The notes under the pieces: model-generated
The model's database searches: none
Seen by the model: the letters and a program-made list of their open reading frames with translations, nothing else
Told to the model about the DNA's origin: nothing
Part shown: in pieces, positions 18,652-27,235 of the stretch
How the letters are laid out: each line of letters opens with the position of its first letter
Position numbering within the stretch: position 1 is the first letter of the stretch
Position numbers and translations under genes: made by a program
Source: Candidatus Methylomirabilia bacterium
GTDB taxonomy: Bacteria; Methylomirabilota; Methylomirabilia; Rokubacteriales; CSP1-6
Assembly: GCA_041496385.1 (NCBI GenBank)
Contig: JBGQEL010000037.1
Span: forward strand, 1-37,124
Length of the DNA: 37,124 nucleotides
Reading direction: 5' to 3'

Positions 18652-19625
18652 CAGACGCGCCGCTCCTCGAGGTCCGCAACCTCGTCAAGCACTTTCCGGT
18701 CGGCGGCGGGCTCTTCGGCGGCGCGCCCGGGCTCGTGCGCGCCGTCGACGGCGTGAGCTTCCAGATCCGGCGCGGCGAGACGCTCGGGCTCGTGGGCGAG
18801 TCCGGCTGCGGCAAGACGACGACCGGCCGCTGCATCCTGCAGCTCGAGCGGCCGACGAGCGGCCAGGTCATCTTCGAGGGCCGCGACCTCACGACGCTCT
18901 CCGAGGAGGAGCTGCGTCCGGTGCGGAAGCGGATGCAGGTGATCTTCCAGGATCCCTACAGCTCGCTCAACCCGCGCATGACGGTCGGCCAGATCATCGC
19001 GGAGCCGCTCGCCGTCCACGGGCTCGTCGCCGGCCGCGCCGGGCGCGACGGGCGCGTGCGGGAGCTCCTCACGCACGTCGGCCTCCTGCCGCAGCACGCG
19101 CGGCGCTTCCCGCACCAGCTCTCGGGCGGCCAGCGCCAGCGCGTCGGGATCGCGCGCGCGCTCGCGATGGAGCCGGCGCTGATCGTCTGCGACGAGCCGG
19201 TGTCGGCCCTCGACGTCTCGATCCAGGCGCAGATCGTGAACCTGCTCGAGGATCTCCAGCGCGAGTTCGGCCTGACGTACCTCTTCGTCGCCCACGACCT
19301 TTCGGTCGTGCGCCACATCTCCGACCGCGTGGTGGTCATGTATCTCGGCAAGGTCGTCGAGATCGCCGACCGGCAGGCGCTCTACGAGGACCCCCTGCAC
19401 CCGTACACGCGCGCGCTGCTCTCGGCCGTGCCGATCCCCGATCCCGAGGTCGAGGCGCGCCGCGAGCACAGCGTGCTACGCGGGGAGGTGCCGAGTCCGC
19501 TCAATCCGCCGTCGGGCTGCGTCTTCCATCCGCGGTGCCCGGTCGCCGTGGACCGGTGCCGGGTGGAGGTGCCCGAGCTCCGCGAGGTCAAGGCGGGCCA
19601 CTGGGCGGCCTGCGTCCTGGCGTGA
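18648..19625 (+). CDS. Oligopeptide/dipeptide ABC transporter ATP-binding subunit (OppF/DppF type)
   Basis: GTGA overlap with the previous gene; [48 protein letters not shown]. Confidence 0.93.
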   Translation: MTDAPLLEVRNLVKHFPVGGGLFGGAPGLVRAVDGVSFQIRRGETLGLVGESGCGKTTTGRCILQLERPTSGQVIFEGRDLTTLSEEELRPVRKRMQVIFQDPYSSLNPRMTVGQIIAEPLAVHGLVAGRAGRDGRVRELLTHVGLLPQHARRFPHQLSGGQRQRVGIARALAMEPALIVCDEPVSALDVSIQAQIVNLLEDLQREFGLTYLFVAHDLSVVRHISDRVVVMYLGKVVEIADRQALYEDPLHPYTRALLSAVPIPDPEVEARREHSVLRGEVPSPLNPPSGCVFHPRCPVAVDRCRVEVPELREVKAGHWAACVLA

Positions 19626-19750
19626 CGGAGCCACGCCGCGTGCGTGCTCGAGGACTGAAACTTTCGGCCGGTCCCGCGGGTTTCGTGGGACACTGCCGTA
19701 CGACGGTCTGGAGAAAAAATCGGGCGCCCGGCGCCCGTGGAGGTGCCCTC

Positions 19751-21337
19751 ATGCGACGCGTCACTGCGACCCTCGTTTCCCTCCTGGTTCTGACACTCGC
19801 GCTGCCGGCGTGGTCGCAGGAGAAGCCCCGGTACGGCGGCGAGCTCGTATTCGTGGTGCCCTCCGAGCCCCCCTCCTACGACGCCCACCAGGAGGAGACG
19901 TTCGGCGTCATCCATCCGATGGCGCCGCACTACAGCACGCTCCTCCGGGTCGACCCGTTCGACAGGACCGGAACCAAGCCGGTCGGGGACCTCGCGGAGT
20001 CGTGGACCGTCTCCAAGGATGGCCTCGTCTACACGTTCAAGATGCACAGGGGCGTGAAGTTTCACGACGGCAGCGAGCTGACGTCGAAGGACGTCAAGGC
20101 GTCCTACGACAGGATCCTCCACCCGCCGGCCGGCGTGAAGTCCCTGCGCAAGGAGGCCTACGCGGCGGTGGCGTCGATCGATGCCCCCGACGCGCACACG
20201 GTCGTCTTCAAGCTGAAGTACCCGGAGTCGTCGATCCTGCTGAACCTCGCGTCGCCCTGGAACTGGATCTACAAGGCCGACATCCTCGCGAAGGACCCGC
20301 ACTGGTACGAGAAGAACGTCATGGGCACGGGCCCCTTCAAGTTCGTCGAGCACGTGCGTGGCTCGCACTGGGTGGGCAAGAAGAACCCGGACTACTGGGA
20401 CAAGGGCAAGCCCTACCTCGATGGCTACCGCGCGATCTTCATCAGCAACTCGGCGGCCCAGGTGGCCGCCATTCGCGGCGAGCGCGCCATGATCCAGTTC
20501 CGTGGCTTCAGCCCGCCCGAACGCGACAGCCTCGTGCAGGCGCTCGGGCCGAAGATCACCGTCCAGGAAAGCCCCTGGAACTGCCTCAACTTCGTCTCGA
20601 TGCACCATGAGAAGAAGCCCTTCAACGACAAGCGCGTGAGGCGGGCGTTGAGCCTGGCCCTCGACCGCTACGAGGGCTCCAAGGCGCTGTCCCGCATCAC
20701 GCTCGTCAAGGACGTCGGCGGCATCCAGGTGCCCGGCACGCCCTACGCGACGCCGCCCGCGGAGCTGGAGAAGCTGGCCGGCTACGGCCACGACATCAAC
20801 GCCAACCGCGCCGAGGCCAAGCGCCTGCTGCGCGAGGCGGGTGTGCCCGACGGATTCGCGTTCACGTTCAAGAACCGCGGCATCCCGCACCCGTACGAGC
20901 CGCTGGGCATCTGGCTCATCGACCAGTGGCGCCAGATCGGCCTGACGGTCAAGCAGGAGACGATCGAGGCGTCCGCGTACCACCCCATGCTCAAACGCGG
21001 CGACTTCGAGGTCGCCATGGACTTCCAGTGCGGGTTCATCGTCGAGCCGGACCTCGATCTGCCCCGGTTCGTCACCACGTCCGACGCCAACTACGGCAAG
21101 CACAAGGACACCGTGATCGACGACCTCTTCAGCCGGCAGGGGCGCGCCACCGACGTGGAGGAGCGCAAGAAGATCCTCCGGCAGTTCGAGAAGCGGCTGC
21201 TCGACGACGAGGTGCACGTCATCTACACGCTGCAGTGGCACCGGATCATCCCGCACAACGCGAAGGTGAAGGGCTGGACGGTCACGCCGAGCCACTACCT
21301 CAACAACCAGCTCGACACCGTGTGGCTCGCCGAGTAG
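19751..21337 (+). CDS. ABC transporter substrate-binding protein, family 5 (OppA/DppA/NikA-like)
   Basis: GGAGG SD and signal peptide; DLAESWTVSKDGLVYTFKMHRGVKFHDG family-5 signature, GTGPFK, PFNDKRVRRAL. Confidence 0.93.
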   Translation: MRRVTATLVSLLVLTLALPAWSQEKPRYGGELVFVVPSEPPSYDAHQEETFGVIHPMAPHYSTLLRVDPFDRTGTKPVGDLAESWTVSKDGLVYTFKMHRGVKFHDGSELTSKDVKASYDRILHPPAGVKSLRKEAYAAVASIDAPDAHTVVFKLKYPESSILLNLASPWNWIYKADILAKDPHWYEKNVMGTGPFKFVEHVRGSHWVGKKNPDYWDKGKPYLDGYRAIFISNSAAQVAAIRGERAMIQFRGFSPPERDSLVQALGPKITVQESPWNCLNFVSMHHEKKPFNDKRVRRALSLALDRYEGSKALSRITLVKDVGGIQVPGTPYATPPAELEKLAGYGHDINANRAEAKRLLREAGVPDGFAFTFKNRGIPHPYEPLGIWLIDQWRQIGLTVKQETIEASAYHPMLKRGDFEVAMDFQCGFIVEPDLDLPRFVTTSDANYGKHKDTVIDDLFSRQGRATDVEERKKILRQFEKRLLDDEVHVIYTLQWHRIIPHNAKVKGWTVTPSHYLNNQLDTVWLAE

Positions 21338-21370
21338 CGCCGCCACGCGTGAGACGGCTGCAGCGGCGCT
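21336..21370 (+). promoter_or_regulatory. Intercistronic stem-loop after the SBP gene
   Basis: AGCGCCGC (21336-21343) and GCGGCGCT (21363-21370) form a perfect 8-bp inverted repeat with no U-tract. This is the usual position for an SBP mRNA-stabilising hairpin. Confidence 0.45.
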
Positions 21371-21375
21371 GAGCC

Positions 21376-22329
21376 ATGTGGACCTATCTCCTCAAGCGCT
21401 TTCTGCTGATGTTCCCCACCCTCTTCGGGGTGGCGGTGGTGGCGTTCCTGCTCATCCGCGTCATCCCGGGTGACGTCGTCGAGCTGCGCTACTCCGGGGA
21501 CCGCGGCGCGGTGTCCCAGGATCTGATCGACAAGGAGCGGACGCGGATCGGCCTCGACAAGCCCGTCTGGCAGCAGTTCGCCACGTGGATCTGGGGCGTC
21601 GCCCGTCTGGACTTCGGGCAGTCGATGTGGACCGGGGCGCCGATCCTGGAAGAGATCAAGCTGCGCTTCGCGCTCTCGCTGCAGGTCGCCATCATGGCCA
21701 CGGTCGTGGCGGTGCTCCTCGCCGTGCCGCTCGGCGTCCTCGCCGCCCTGAGGCAGGACACCTGGGTCGACTACGCCGTGCGCATCTTCTCGATCGCCGG
21801 GCTGGCGATGCCGTCGTTCTGGCTCGGCATCGTGCTCATCCTGGCGATGCTCATCGTGTTCAAGTGGCTCCCGCCCATGGTGTACACGCCGTTCTGGGTG
21901 AATCCCTGGCAGAACATGGCCCAGCTCATCTGGCCGGCGCTCGCCGTGGGCTACCGATACTCCGCGGTCGCGACCCGGATGACGCGTTCGGCCATGCTCG
22001 AGGTCCTGCGCGAGGACTACATCCGCACGGCGCGCGCGAAGGGGCTGATGCAGAAGATGGTCCTGTCGCGGCACGCGCTCAAGAACGCCATGCTGCCGGT
22101 GGCGACCGTCGTCATCATCGAGTTCGCGTTTCTCATCGGTGGCCTCGTCGTCACCGAGCAGGTGTTCAACCTCAATGGCATCGGGCTGCTCTTCGTCCAG
22201 GCCGTGGCCCACCGCGACTACACGCTCCTGCAGGCGCTCGTGATGCTCGTCGCCAGCCTGTGCATCGTCGCGAACTTCTCCATGGACGTGCTGTACGCGT
22301 GGCTCGACCCGCGCATCCGGTACCGCTGA
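21376..22329 (+). CDS. Peptide ABC transporter permease (OppB/DppB type)
   Basis: PGD, GLDKP..QQF, DFGQS, EDYIRTARAKG (EAA loop), HALKNA, LDPRIRY. Confidence 0.94.
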   Translation: MWTYLLKRFLLMFPTLFGVAVVAFLLIRVIPGDVVELRYSGDRGAVSQDLIDKERTRIGLDKPVWQQFATWIWGVARLDFGQSMWTGAPILEEIKLRFALSLQVAIMATVVAVLLAVPLGVLAALRQDTWVDYAVRIFSIAGLAMPSFWLGIVLILAMLIVFKWLPPMVYTPFWVNPWQNMAQLIWPALAVGYRYSAVATRMTRSAMLEVLREDYIRTARAKGLMQKMVLSRHALKNAMLPVATVVIIEFAFLIGGLVVTEQVFNLNGIGLLFVQAVAHRDYTLLQALVMLVASLCIVANFSMDVLYAWLDPRIRYR

Positions 22330-23219
22330 TGGCGACGCGCCTCGCCTACGACCTCGACCTGGCGGACGCGCCCCGGGGCTGGCCGGCGGTGGTCGGCGAG
22401 TTCTGCCGGCGGCGCCCGCTGGGCGCGATCGGCGCCGCCGTGATCACCGTCATGCTCCTGGTCGCGGCGCTGGCCAAGGTGATCGCGCCCTACGATCCCG
22501 TGGCCATCGACTTCGGCGCCATGCTGACGCCGCCGAACTCCGCGCACTGGCTGGGGACGGACTCGTTCGGTCGCGACGTGCTCTCGCGCCTCATCTACGG
22601 CTCGCGCACGGCGCTGCTGGTGGGCTTCGGCGCCTCGATCCTCGGGGCATCACTGGGTGCGATCCTCGGCGTCGGCAGCGCGTACTTCGCCGGCCGGGTG
22701 GACCTCTACCTCCAGCGTCTGATGGACGTCTTCCTGGCGTTTCCGCTCATCATCCTGGCCCTCGCGCTGGTCGCCATTCTCGGCAACTCGATCCCGAACC
22801 TCATCATGGCGATCACGGTGCCCATGATCCCGCGCTGCGCGCTGGTCATCCGCTCCTCCGCGCTCTCGATCCGCGAGGCGGCGTACGTGGACGCGGCGCG
22901 GGCGGCCGGCTTCCGCCACGCGCGGATCATCCTGCGCCACATGCTGCCCAACGTGATGGCGCCCTTCCTGATCATGCAGACCGCGTTCGTCGGGCAGGCG
23001 ATCCTGCTCGAGTCGTCGCTGTCCTTCCTCGGGCTCGGCGTGCAGGAGCCGACGCCCGCGTGGGGTCTGATGCTGAGCGGGGCGGCGGTGGAGTTCGCCG
23101 AGAAGGCCCCGTGGATGGCGGTGTTCCCCGGCCTCGCGATCAGCCTCGCCGTCTTCGCGTTCAATCTCTTCGGCGACTCGCTCCGCGATGCGCTCGACCC
23201 GCGACTGCGCACGCAGTAG
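22329..23219 (+). CDS. Peptide ABC transporter permease (OppC/DppC type)
   Basis: ATG overlaps the upstream TGA; HWLGTDSFGRDVLSRLIYGSRT, YVDAARAAG, HMLPN, ESSLSFLGLG, GDSLRDALDPR. Confidence 0.94.
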   Translation: MATRLAYDLDLADAPRGWPAVVGEFCRRRPLGAIGAAVITVMLLVAALAKVIAPYDPVAIDFGAMLTPPNSAHWLGTDSFGRDVLSRLIYGSRTALLVGFGASILGASLGAILGVGSAYFAGRVDLYLQRLMDVFLAFPLIILALALVAILGNSIPNLIMAITVPMIPRCALVIRSSALSIREAAYVDAARAAGFRHARIILRHMLPNVMAPFLIMQTAFVGQAILLESSLSFLGLGVQEPTPAWGLMLSGAAVEFAEKAPWMAVFPGLAISLAVFAFNLFGDSLRDALDPRLRTQ

Positions 23220-23264
23220 GCCCGGGCGCCGCCCCTCCAGGGCCTCGGCAAACGCGCGGAATGC

Positions 23265-23293
23265 TTGACACTCTGCGGTGATTCGGGTACAAC
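23265..23293 (+). promoter_or_regulatory. Sigma70-type promoter of the ferredoxin gene
   Basis: TTGACA (23265-23270), 17 nt, TACAAC (23288-23293); GGGAGG SD before ATG 23338. Confidence 0.75.
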
Positions 23294-23337
23294 CAACGAC
23301 GGTCCGACCACGAAATCTCTGCTAGCGGGAGGCCTCA

Positions 23338-23604
<267 letters not shown>

Positions 23605-23630
23605 CTGCACACACCGCGGGGCGGTCCGCC

Positions 23631-23672
23631 AGGCCCGCAGGGCACGCGCTCGAGCCCCGCGGGCCTTTTTGT
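23631..23672 (+). terminator. Rho-independent terminator after the ferredoxin
   Basis: AGGCCCGC-A-GGGC, 10-nt loop, GCCC-C-GCGGGCCT, followed by TTTTGT. Confidence 0.8.
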
Positions 23673-23695
23673 TCGAGAGACGGGGCTCGCGCTCG

Positions 23696-23710
23696 TGGCA
23701 TCGCCGTTGC
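23696..23710 (+). promoter_or_regulatory. Sigma54 (-24/-12) promoter
   Basis: TGGCATCGCCGTTGC: GG(23697-8)-N10-GC(23709-10), close to the TGGCAC-N5-TTGC consensus, just after the terminator. Confidence 0.7.
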
Positions 23711-23724
23711 CTCTCCCACGCGGC

Positions 23725-23964
23725 ATGAGCTCGATGCCCGTACCCGCTTCCGCTCCCGCGCCGGGCCCCGCGCTCGGTTATCACGGCGCCGTGTCCGACT
23801 TCAAGCGCCGCCTCATCGAGACGACGCTGCGCCAGGCGCGCGGCAACCGGACCCACGCCGCGCGGGCGCTGGGGCTCCAGCGCACGTACCTCCTGCGGCT
23901 GATCCGCGAGCTCGGCGTCGCCGCGCCGCCTCCACCCTCACGCCAGAGGCCCGGCGCGCCATAG
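23725..23964 (+). CDS. Stand-alone Fis-type helix-turn-helix protein
   Basis: YHGAVSDFKRRLIETTLRQARGNRTHAARALGLQRTYLLRLIRELG is the HTH_8/Fis pattern. Start could be 23725 or 23734. Confidence 0.78.
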   Translation: MSSMPVPASAPAPGPALGYHGAVSDFKRRLIETTLRQARGNRTHAARALGLQRTYLLRLIRELGVAAPPPPSRQRPGAP

Positions 23965-23968
23965 GCGG

Positions 23969-23997
23969 TTGACGTTTTTCCGCGCTGCCGTCAAGCT
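23969..23997 (+). promoter_or_regulatory. Putative promoter/operator of the thiolase-like operon
   Basis: TTGACG, 17 nt, CAAGCT, 10 nt before ATG 24008. TTGACG and CGTCAA (23989-23994) form an inverted repeat. Confidence 0.4.
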
Positions 23998-24007
23998 GGA
24001 GTCCGTC

Positions 24008-25129
24008 ATGCATGACGTGTGGGTGGCGGGCGCGGCGATGACGCGGTTCGGCCGGCGTAGCGAGCGGCTCCAGGACCTCATCGCCGAGGCCGCGCTGGGT
24101 GCCCTGGCCGCCGCCCGCGTCGAGGCACCCGACGCGATCGTGGTCGCCGCGATGAACCCCGAGGAGTTCCTCGGCGACGGCAACTTCGCCTCGAACGTCA
24201 CCTCGCACCTCGGCTTCGCGAGCACGCCCGCGATTCGCGTCGAGACGGCGACCTCCTCGGGCGCGGCCGCCTTCTACGCGGGATTCGCGCAGATCGCCGC
24301 GGGCCTGCGCCGGGCGGTGCTGGTGGTCGCCGGCGAGAAGATGACCCATCTCGACACGCCCCGCGTCTCCGAGATCATCGGCCGCTCGATCGATCCCTAC
24401 GAGCGCTCGTACGGCACCACGATGCCGGCGCTCGCGGCCCTCGTCACCCGCGCGCTCATGGCGCGCGGCACGGGCGCGCGCGAGATCGCTCAGGTGGCCG
24501 TCAAGAACCACGCGAACGCGCTCGGCAACCCCTACGCCCACTTCCGGCAGGCGGTGACGCTCGACGAGGTCTTCGAGAGCCGCATGGTGGCCGATCCGCT
24601 CCGGCTCCTGCACTGCTGCCCGATCTCGGACGGCGCCGCCGCCGTCCTCCTCACCGGCGAGCGCGGGACGGTGCGCGTGGCCGGTATCGGGCAGGGGAGC
24701 GACACGCTGGCGCTGCGTCACCGCGACGTCATCACGAGCTTCCGGGCGACGCAGGCCGCCGCGCGCGAGGCCTACGCGATGGCGGGCTTCGGCCCCGAGC
24801 GCGTGGACGTCGCGGAGCTCCACGACGCGTTCACCCCGTTCGAGCTGATCTCGCTCGAGGACACGGGGCTGGTGCCGCCCGGCAAGGCGGGGCGCGCGAC
24901 GCTCGACGGCGAGACGGCGACGGACGGCCGGTTGCCGGTGAATCCCTCGGGCGGGCTGAAGGCCCGCGGCCACCCGCTCGCGGCCACGGGGCTCGCGCAG
25001 CTCGTGGAATGCGTCTGGCAGCTGACCGGCCGCGCGGAGGGACGCCAGGTCGGCGGTCGCGTCGCGCTCGCCCACTCCATCGGCGGCCTCGCGACCAGCA
25101 ACTGGGTGACGCTCCTGGAGGCGCGGTGA
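24008..25129 (+). CDS. Thiolase-family protein (SCP-x/Ltp-like) lacking the N-terminal catalytic Cys
   Basis: GEKM, KNHANA..NPYAHF, CCPISDGAAA, AELHDAF, VNPSGGLKARGHPLAATG. The active-site loop reads VETATSSG. Confidence 0.88.
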   Translation: MHDVWVAGAAMTRFGRRSERLQDLIAEAALGALAAARVEAPDAIVVAAMNPEEFLGDGNFASNVTSHLGFASTPAIRVETATSSGAAAFYAGFAQIAAGLRRAVLVVAGEKMTHLDTPRVSEIIGRSIDPYERSYGTTMPALAALVTRALMARGTGAREIAQVAVKNHANALGNPYAHFRQAVTLDEVFESRMVADPLRLLHCCPISDGAAAVLLTGERGTVRVAGIGQGSDTLALRHRDVITSFRATQAAAREAYAMAGFGPERVDVAELHDAFTPFELISLEDTGLVPPGKAGRATLDGETATDGRLPVNPSGGLKARGHPLAATGLAQLVECVWQLTGRAEGRQVGGRVALAHSIGGLATSNWVTLLEAR

Positions 25130-25554
25130 TCGAGCGGATCGACGCGTCCCGCTGCCCGGCGTGCGGCACGGTCGTCGCGCCGCCGGCCAGCTATTGCCCG
25201 CGCCATCCGGTGGCCATGCAGCCGGCCTCGGTGCCCGGCGCGGGCGAGATCGTCTCGTTCACCACGCTGCACTCCCCGCCGGCGGGCTTTCGCGCGCCGC
25301 TCCACATCGCGCTCGTCGAGCTCGAGGGCGGCGCGCGGTTCGTCTGCCACGGCGCCGACACGCGCGGGCTCCGGATCGGCTCGCGGGTCGCGATCGAGGC
25401 CATCGACAATGTTTACTACTTCTCTCACCTTGGCGCCCTCGATCGCGCGCGGCTGTTCTGGCGGCGCGCCGGTCACTCGGGCGACCGCGTGAATGCGATC
25501 GCGCGGAGTCTCGCCAAGCGCGTCTGGAAAGGACGTCAGCGTGCCTCGAGCTAA
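25126..25554 (+). CDS. Zn-ribbon / OB-fold protein (DUF35 family)
   Basis: GTGA overlap with the thiolase gene; CPACG...PP..YCPRH, GEIVSFTTLH..P.GF..P..IALVELEGG. Confidence 0.85.
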   Translation: MIERIDASRCPACGTVVAPPASYCPRHPVAMQPASVPGAGEIVSFTTLHSPPAGFRAPLHIALVELEGGARFVCHGADTRGLRIGSRVAIEAIDNVYYFSHLGALDRARLFWRRAGHSGDRVNAIARSLAKRVWKGRQRASS

Positions 25555-26737
25555 GGGACCATTGGCGGGCGTGCGCGTGCTCGACCTCACCCGGGTTCTC
25601 GCGGGACCGTTCTGCGCGATGCTCCTCGGCGACATGGGCGCGGAGGTCGTCAAGATCGAGGAGCCCGGGAAGGGCGACGACACGCGGAGCTGGCCGCCGT
25701 TCGTGGGCGGCGAGGCGACCTATTTCATGTCGGTCAATCGCAACAAGAAGAGCGTCACCCTGAACCTCAAGGCACCCGAGGGCAAGGCGATCCTCAAATC
25801 GCTGGTCAAGCGCAGCGACGTCCTGCTCGAGAACTTCCGCCCCGGAACGATGGAGAAGCTCGGCTTCGGCTACGCGGCGCTCGCCCGCCTCAATCCCAGG
25901 CTCGTCTACTGCTCGATCTCGGGCTTCGGCGAGTCGGGACCCGAGGCGCAGCGGGCGGGCTACGACCTGATCGTGCAGGCCGAGTCGGGGATCATGGATC
26001 TCACGGGCTTCCCCGACGGCCCGCCGGTGAAGGTCGGCAACTCGATCGCGGACCTCTGCGCCGGCATGTCGGCCGCCCACGGCGTGACGCTCGCGCTGCT
26101 CGCGCGCGCCCGGACGCGGCGCGGGCAGAAGGTCGAGATCGCGATGCTCGACGTCATGGCCGCGCTTCTGACCTACCAGGCCGGGATCTACCTCAACGCG
26201 GGCCAGCGGCCCGCGCGCCGGGGCAACGCGCACCCGTCCATCGTGCCCTACGAGGCCTACAAGGCCGCCGACGCGTTCCTCGTGCTCGGCGTTGCCAACA
26301 ACTCGCTCTGGACGAAGTGCTGCGCCGCCCTCGAGCGCCCCGAGCTCGCGCGCGATCCCCGGTTCGACACCGAGGCCAAGCGCGTCCAGCACCGCGACGC
26401 GCTGACGCCGCTGCTCAACGAGATCCTGAGTACGCGTGGCGCCGAGGAGTGGCTCAAGCGCTTCGAGGCCGCGGGCGTGCCCGCCGGGCGCATCAAGACG
26501 GTCGCCGAGGTCTGCGAGAGCGAGCACCTGAAGGCGCGCGGCATGATCGTCACGCTGCCGCACCCGAGGGCGAAGCGGGTTGCCGTGATGGGCGTGCCGA
26601 TCCGGCTCCACGCGACGCCGGGGCGGGCGGCCACGGCCGCCCCGGTGCTGGGCCAGCACACCGCGCAGGTGCTCCGCGCGCTCGCGGGGATCCCTCCGAA
26701 GGCGATCGCCGGGCTCCGCCAGCGGGGCGTGATCTGA
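25541..26737 (+). CDS. CoA-transferase family III (CaiB/BaiF)
   Basis: GPLAGVRVLDLTRVLAGP, LGDMGAEVVKIE, NRNKKS, ENFRPG, SISGFG, GYD, catalytic IAD, LGQHT. GTG 25541 follows an AAAGGA SD. Confidence 0.94.
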   Translation: MPRAKGPLAGVRVLDLTRVLAGPFCAMLLGDMGAEVVKIEEPGKGDDTRSWPPFVGGEATYFMSVNRNKKSVTLNLKAPEGKAILKSLVKRSDVLLENFRPGTMEKLGFGYAALARLNPRLVYCSISGFGESGPEAQRAGYDLIVQAESGIMDLTGFPDGPPVKVGNSIADLCAGMSAAHGVTLALLARARTRRGQKVEIAMLDVMAALLTYQAGIYLNAGQRPARRGNAHPSIVPYEAYKAADAFLVLGVANNSLWTKCCAALERPELARDPRFDTEAKRVQHRDALTPLLNEILSTRGAEEWLKRFEAAGVPAGRIKTVAEVCESEHLKARGMIVTLPHPRAKRVAVMGVPIRLHATPGRAATAAPVLGQHTAQVLRALAGIPPKAIAGLRQRGVI

Positions 26738-26738
26738 G

Positions 26739-27194
26739 GTGGATCTGGTACCGGTCGCCCTGAAGGGCCGCTGGCTCACGCTCGAGCCCCTCGAGGAGCG
26801 CCACGCACCCGACCTCTTCGAGGTCATGCAGGACGAGGAAGTCTGGCTCCTCGACGTCCGGCCGGCCGACCGCGCGGTGGAGATCGGCTCGACCTTCCTC
26901 GCGCGGGCGCTCTGGCGGACGCCCGCCAACACGGAGGCGAAGTACCTCTTCCTGACACACTGCTTCGAGACGCTCGGCTGCGTGCGGGTCGCGCTCAAGA
27001 CCGGCGGGCGCAACGCGCGCTCGCAGGAGGCGATCGCGCGCCTGGGCGCCGCGCGCGAGGGCGTGCTCCGACGGCACATGCGCGTCCGGGGCTTCCAGCG
27101 CGACACCGTGTATTACTCGATCCTCGACGACGAGTGGCCCGTGGTGACGACCCGGCTGGCCGCGCGGCTCTACGGGAGCGCCCACGAACCTTGA
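26739..27194 (+). CDS. GNAT N-acetyltransferase (RimJ/RimL type), apparently internally deleted; possible pseudogene
   Basis: [64 protein letters not shown]. Only 151 aa. Confidence 0.75.
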   Translation: MDLVPVALKGRWLTLEPLEERHAPDLFEVMQDEEVWLLDVRPADRAVEIGSTFLARALWRTPANTEAKYLFLTHCFETLGCVRVALKTGGRNARSQEAIARLGAAREGVLRRHMRVRGFQRDTVYYSILDDEWPVVTTRLAARLYGSAHEP

Positions 27195-27220
27195 CACTCC
27201 GCCGCGCGGGGGCGCATCAT
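27191..27220 (+). promoter_or_regulatory. Putative sigma70 promoter of cimA
   Basis: TTGACA (27191-27196), 18 nt, CATCAT (27215-27220); ATG at 27236 with no SD. Confidence 0.45.
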
Positions 27221-27235
27221 GACGCTCAACCCCAC

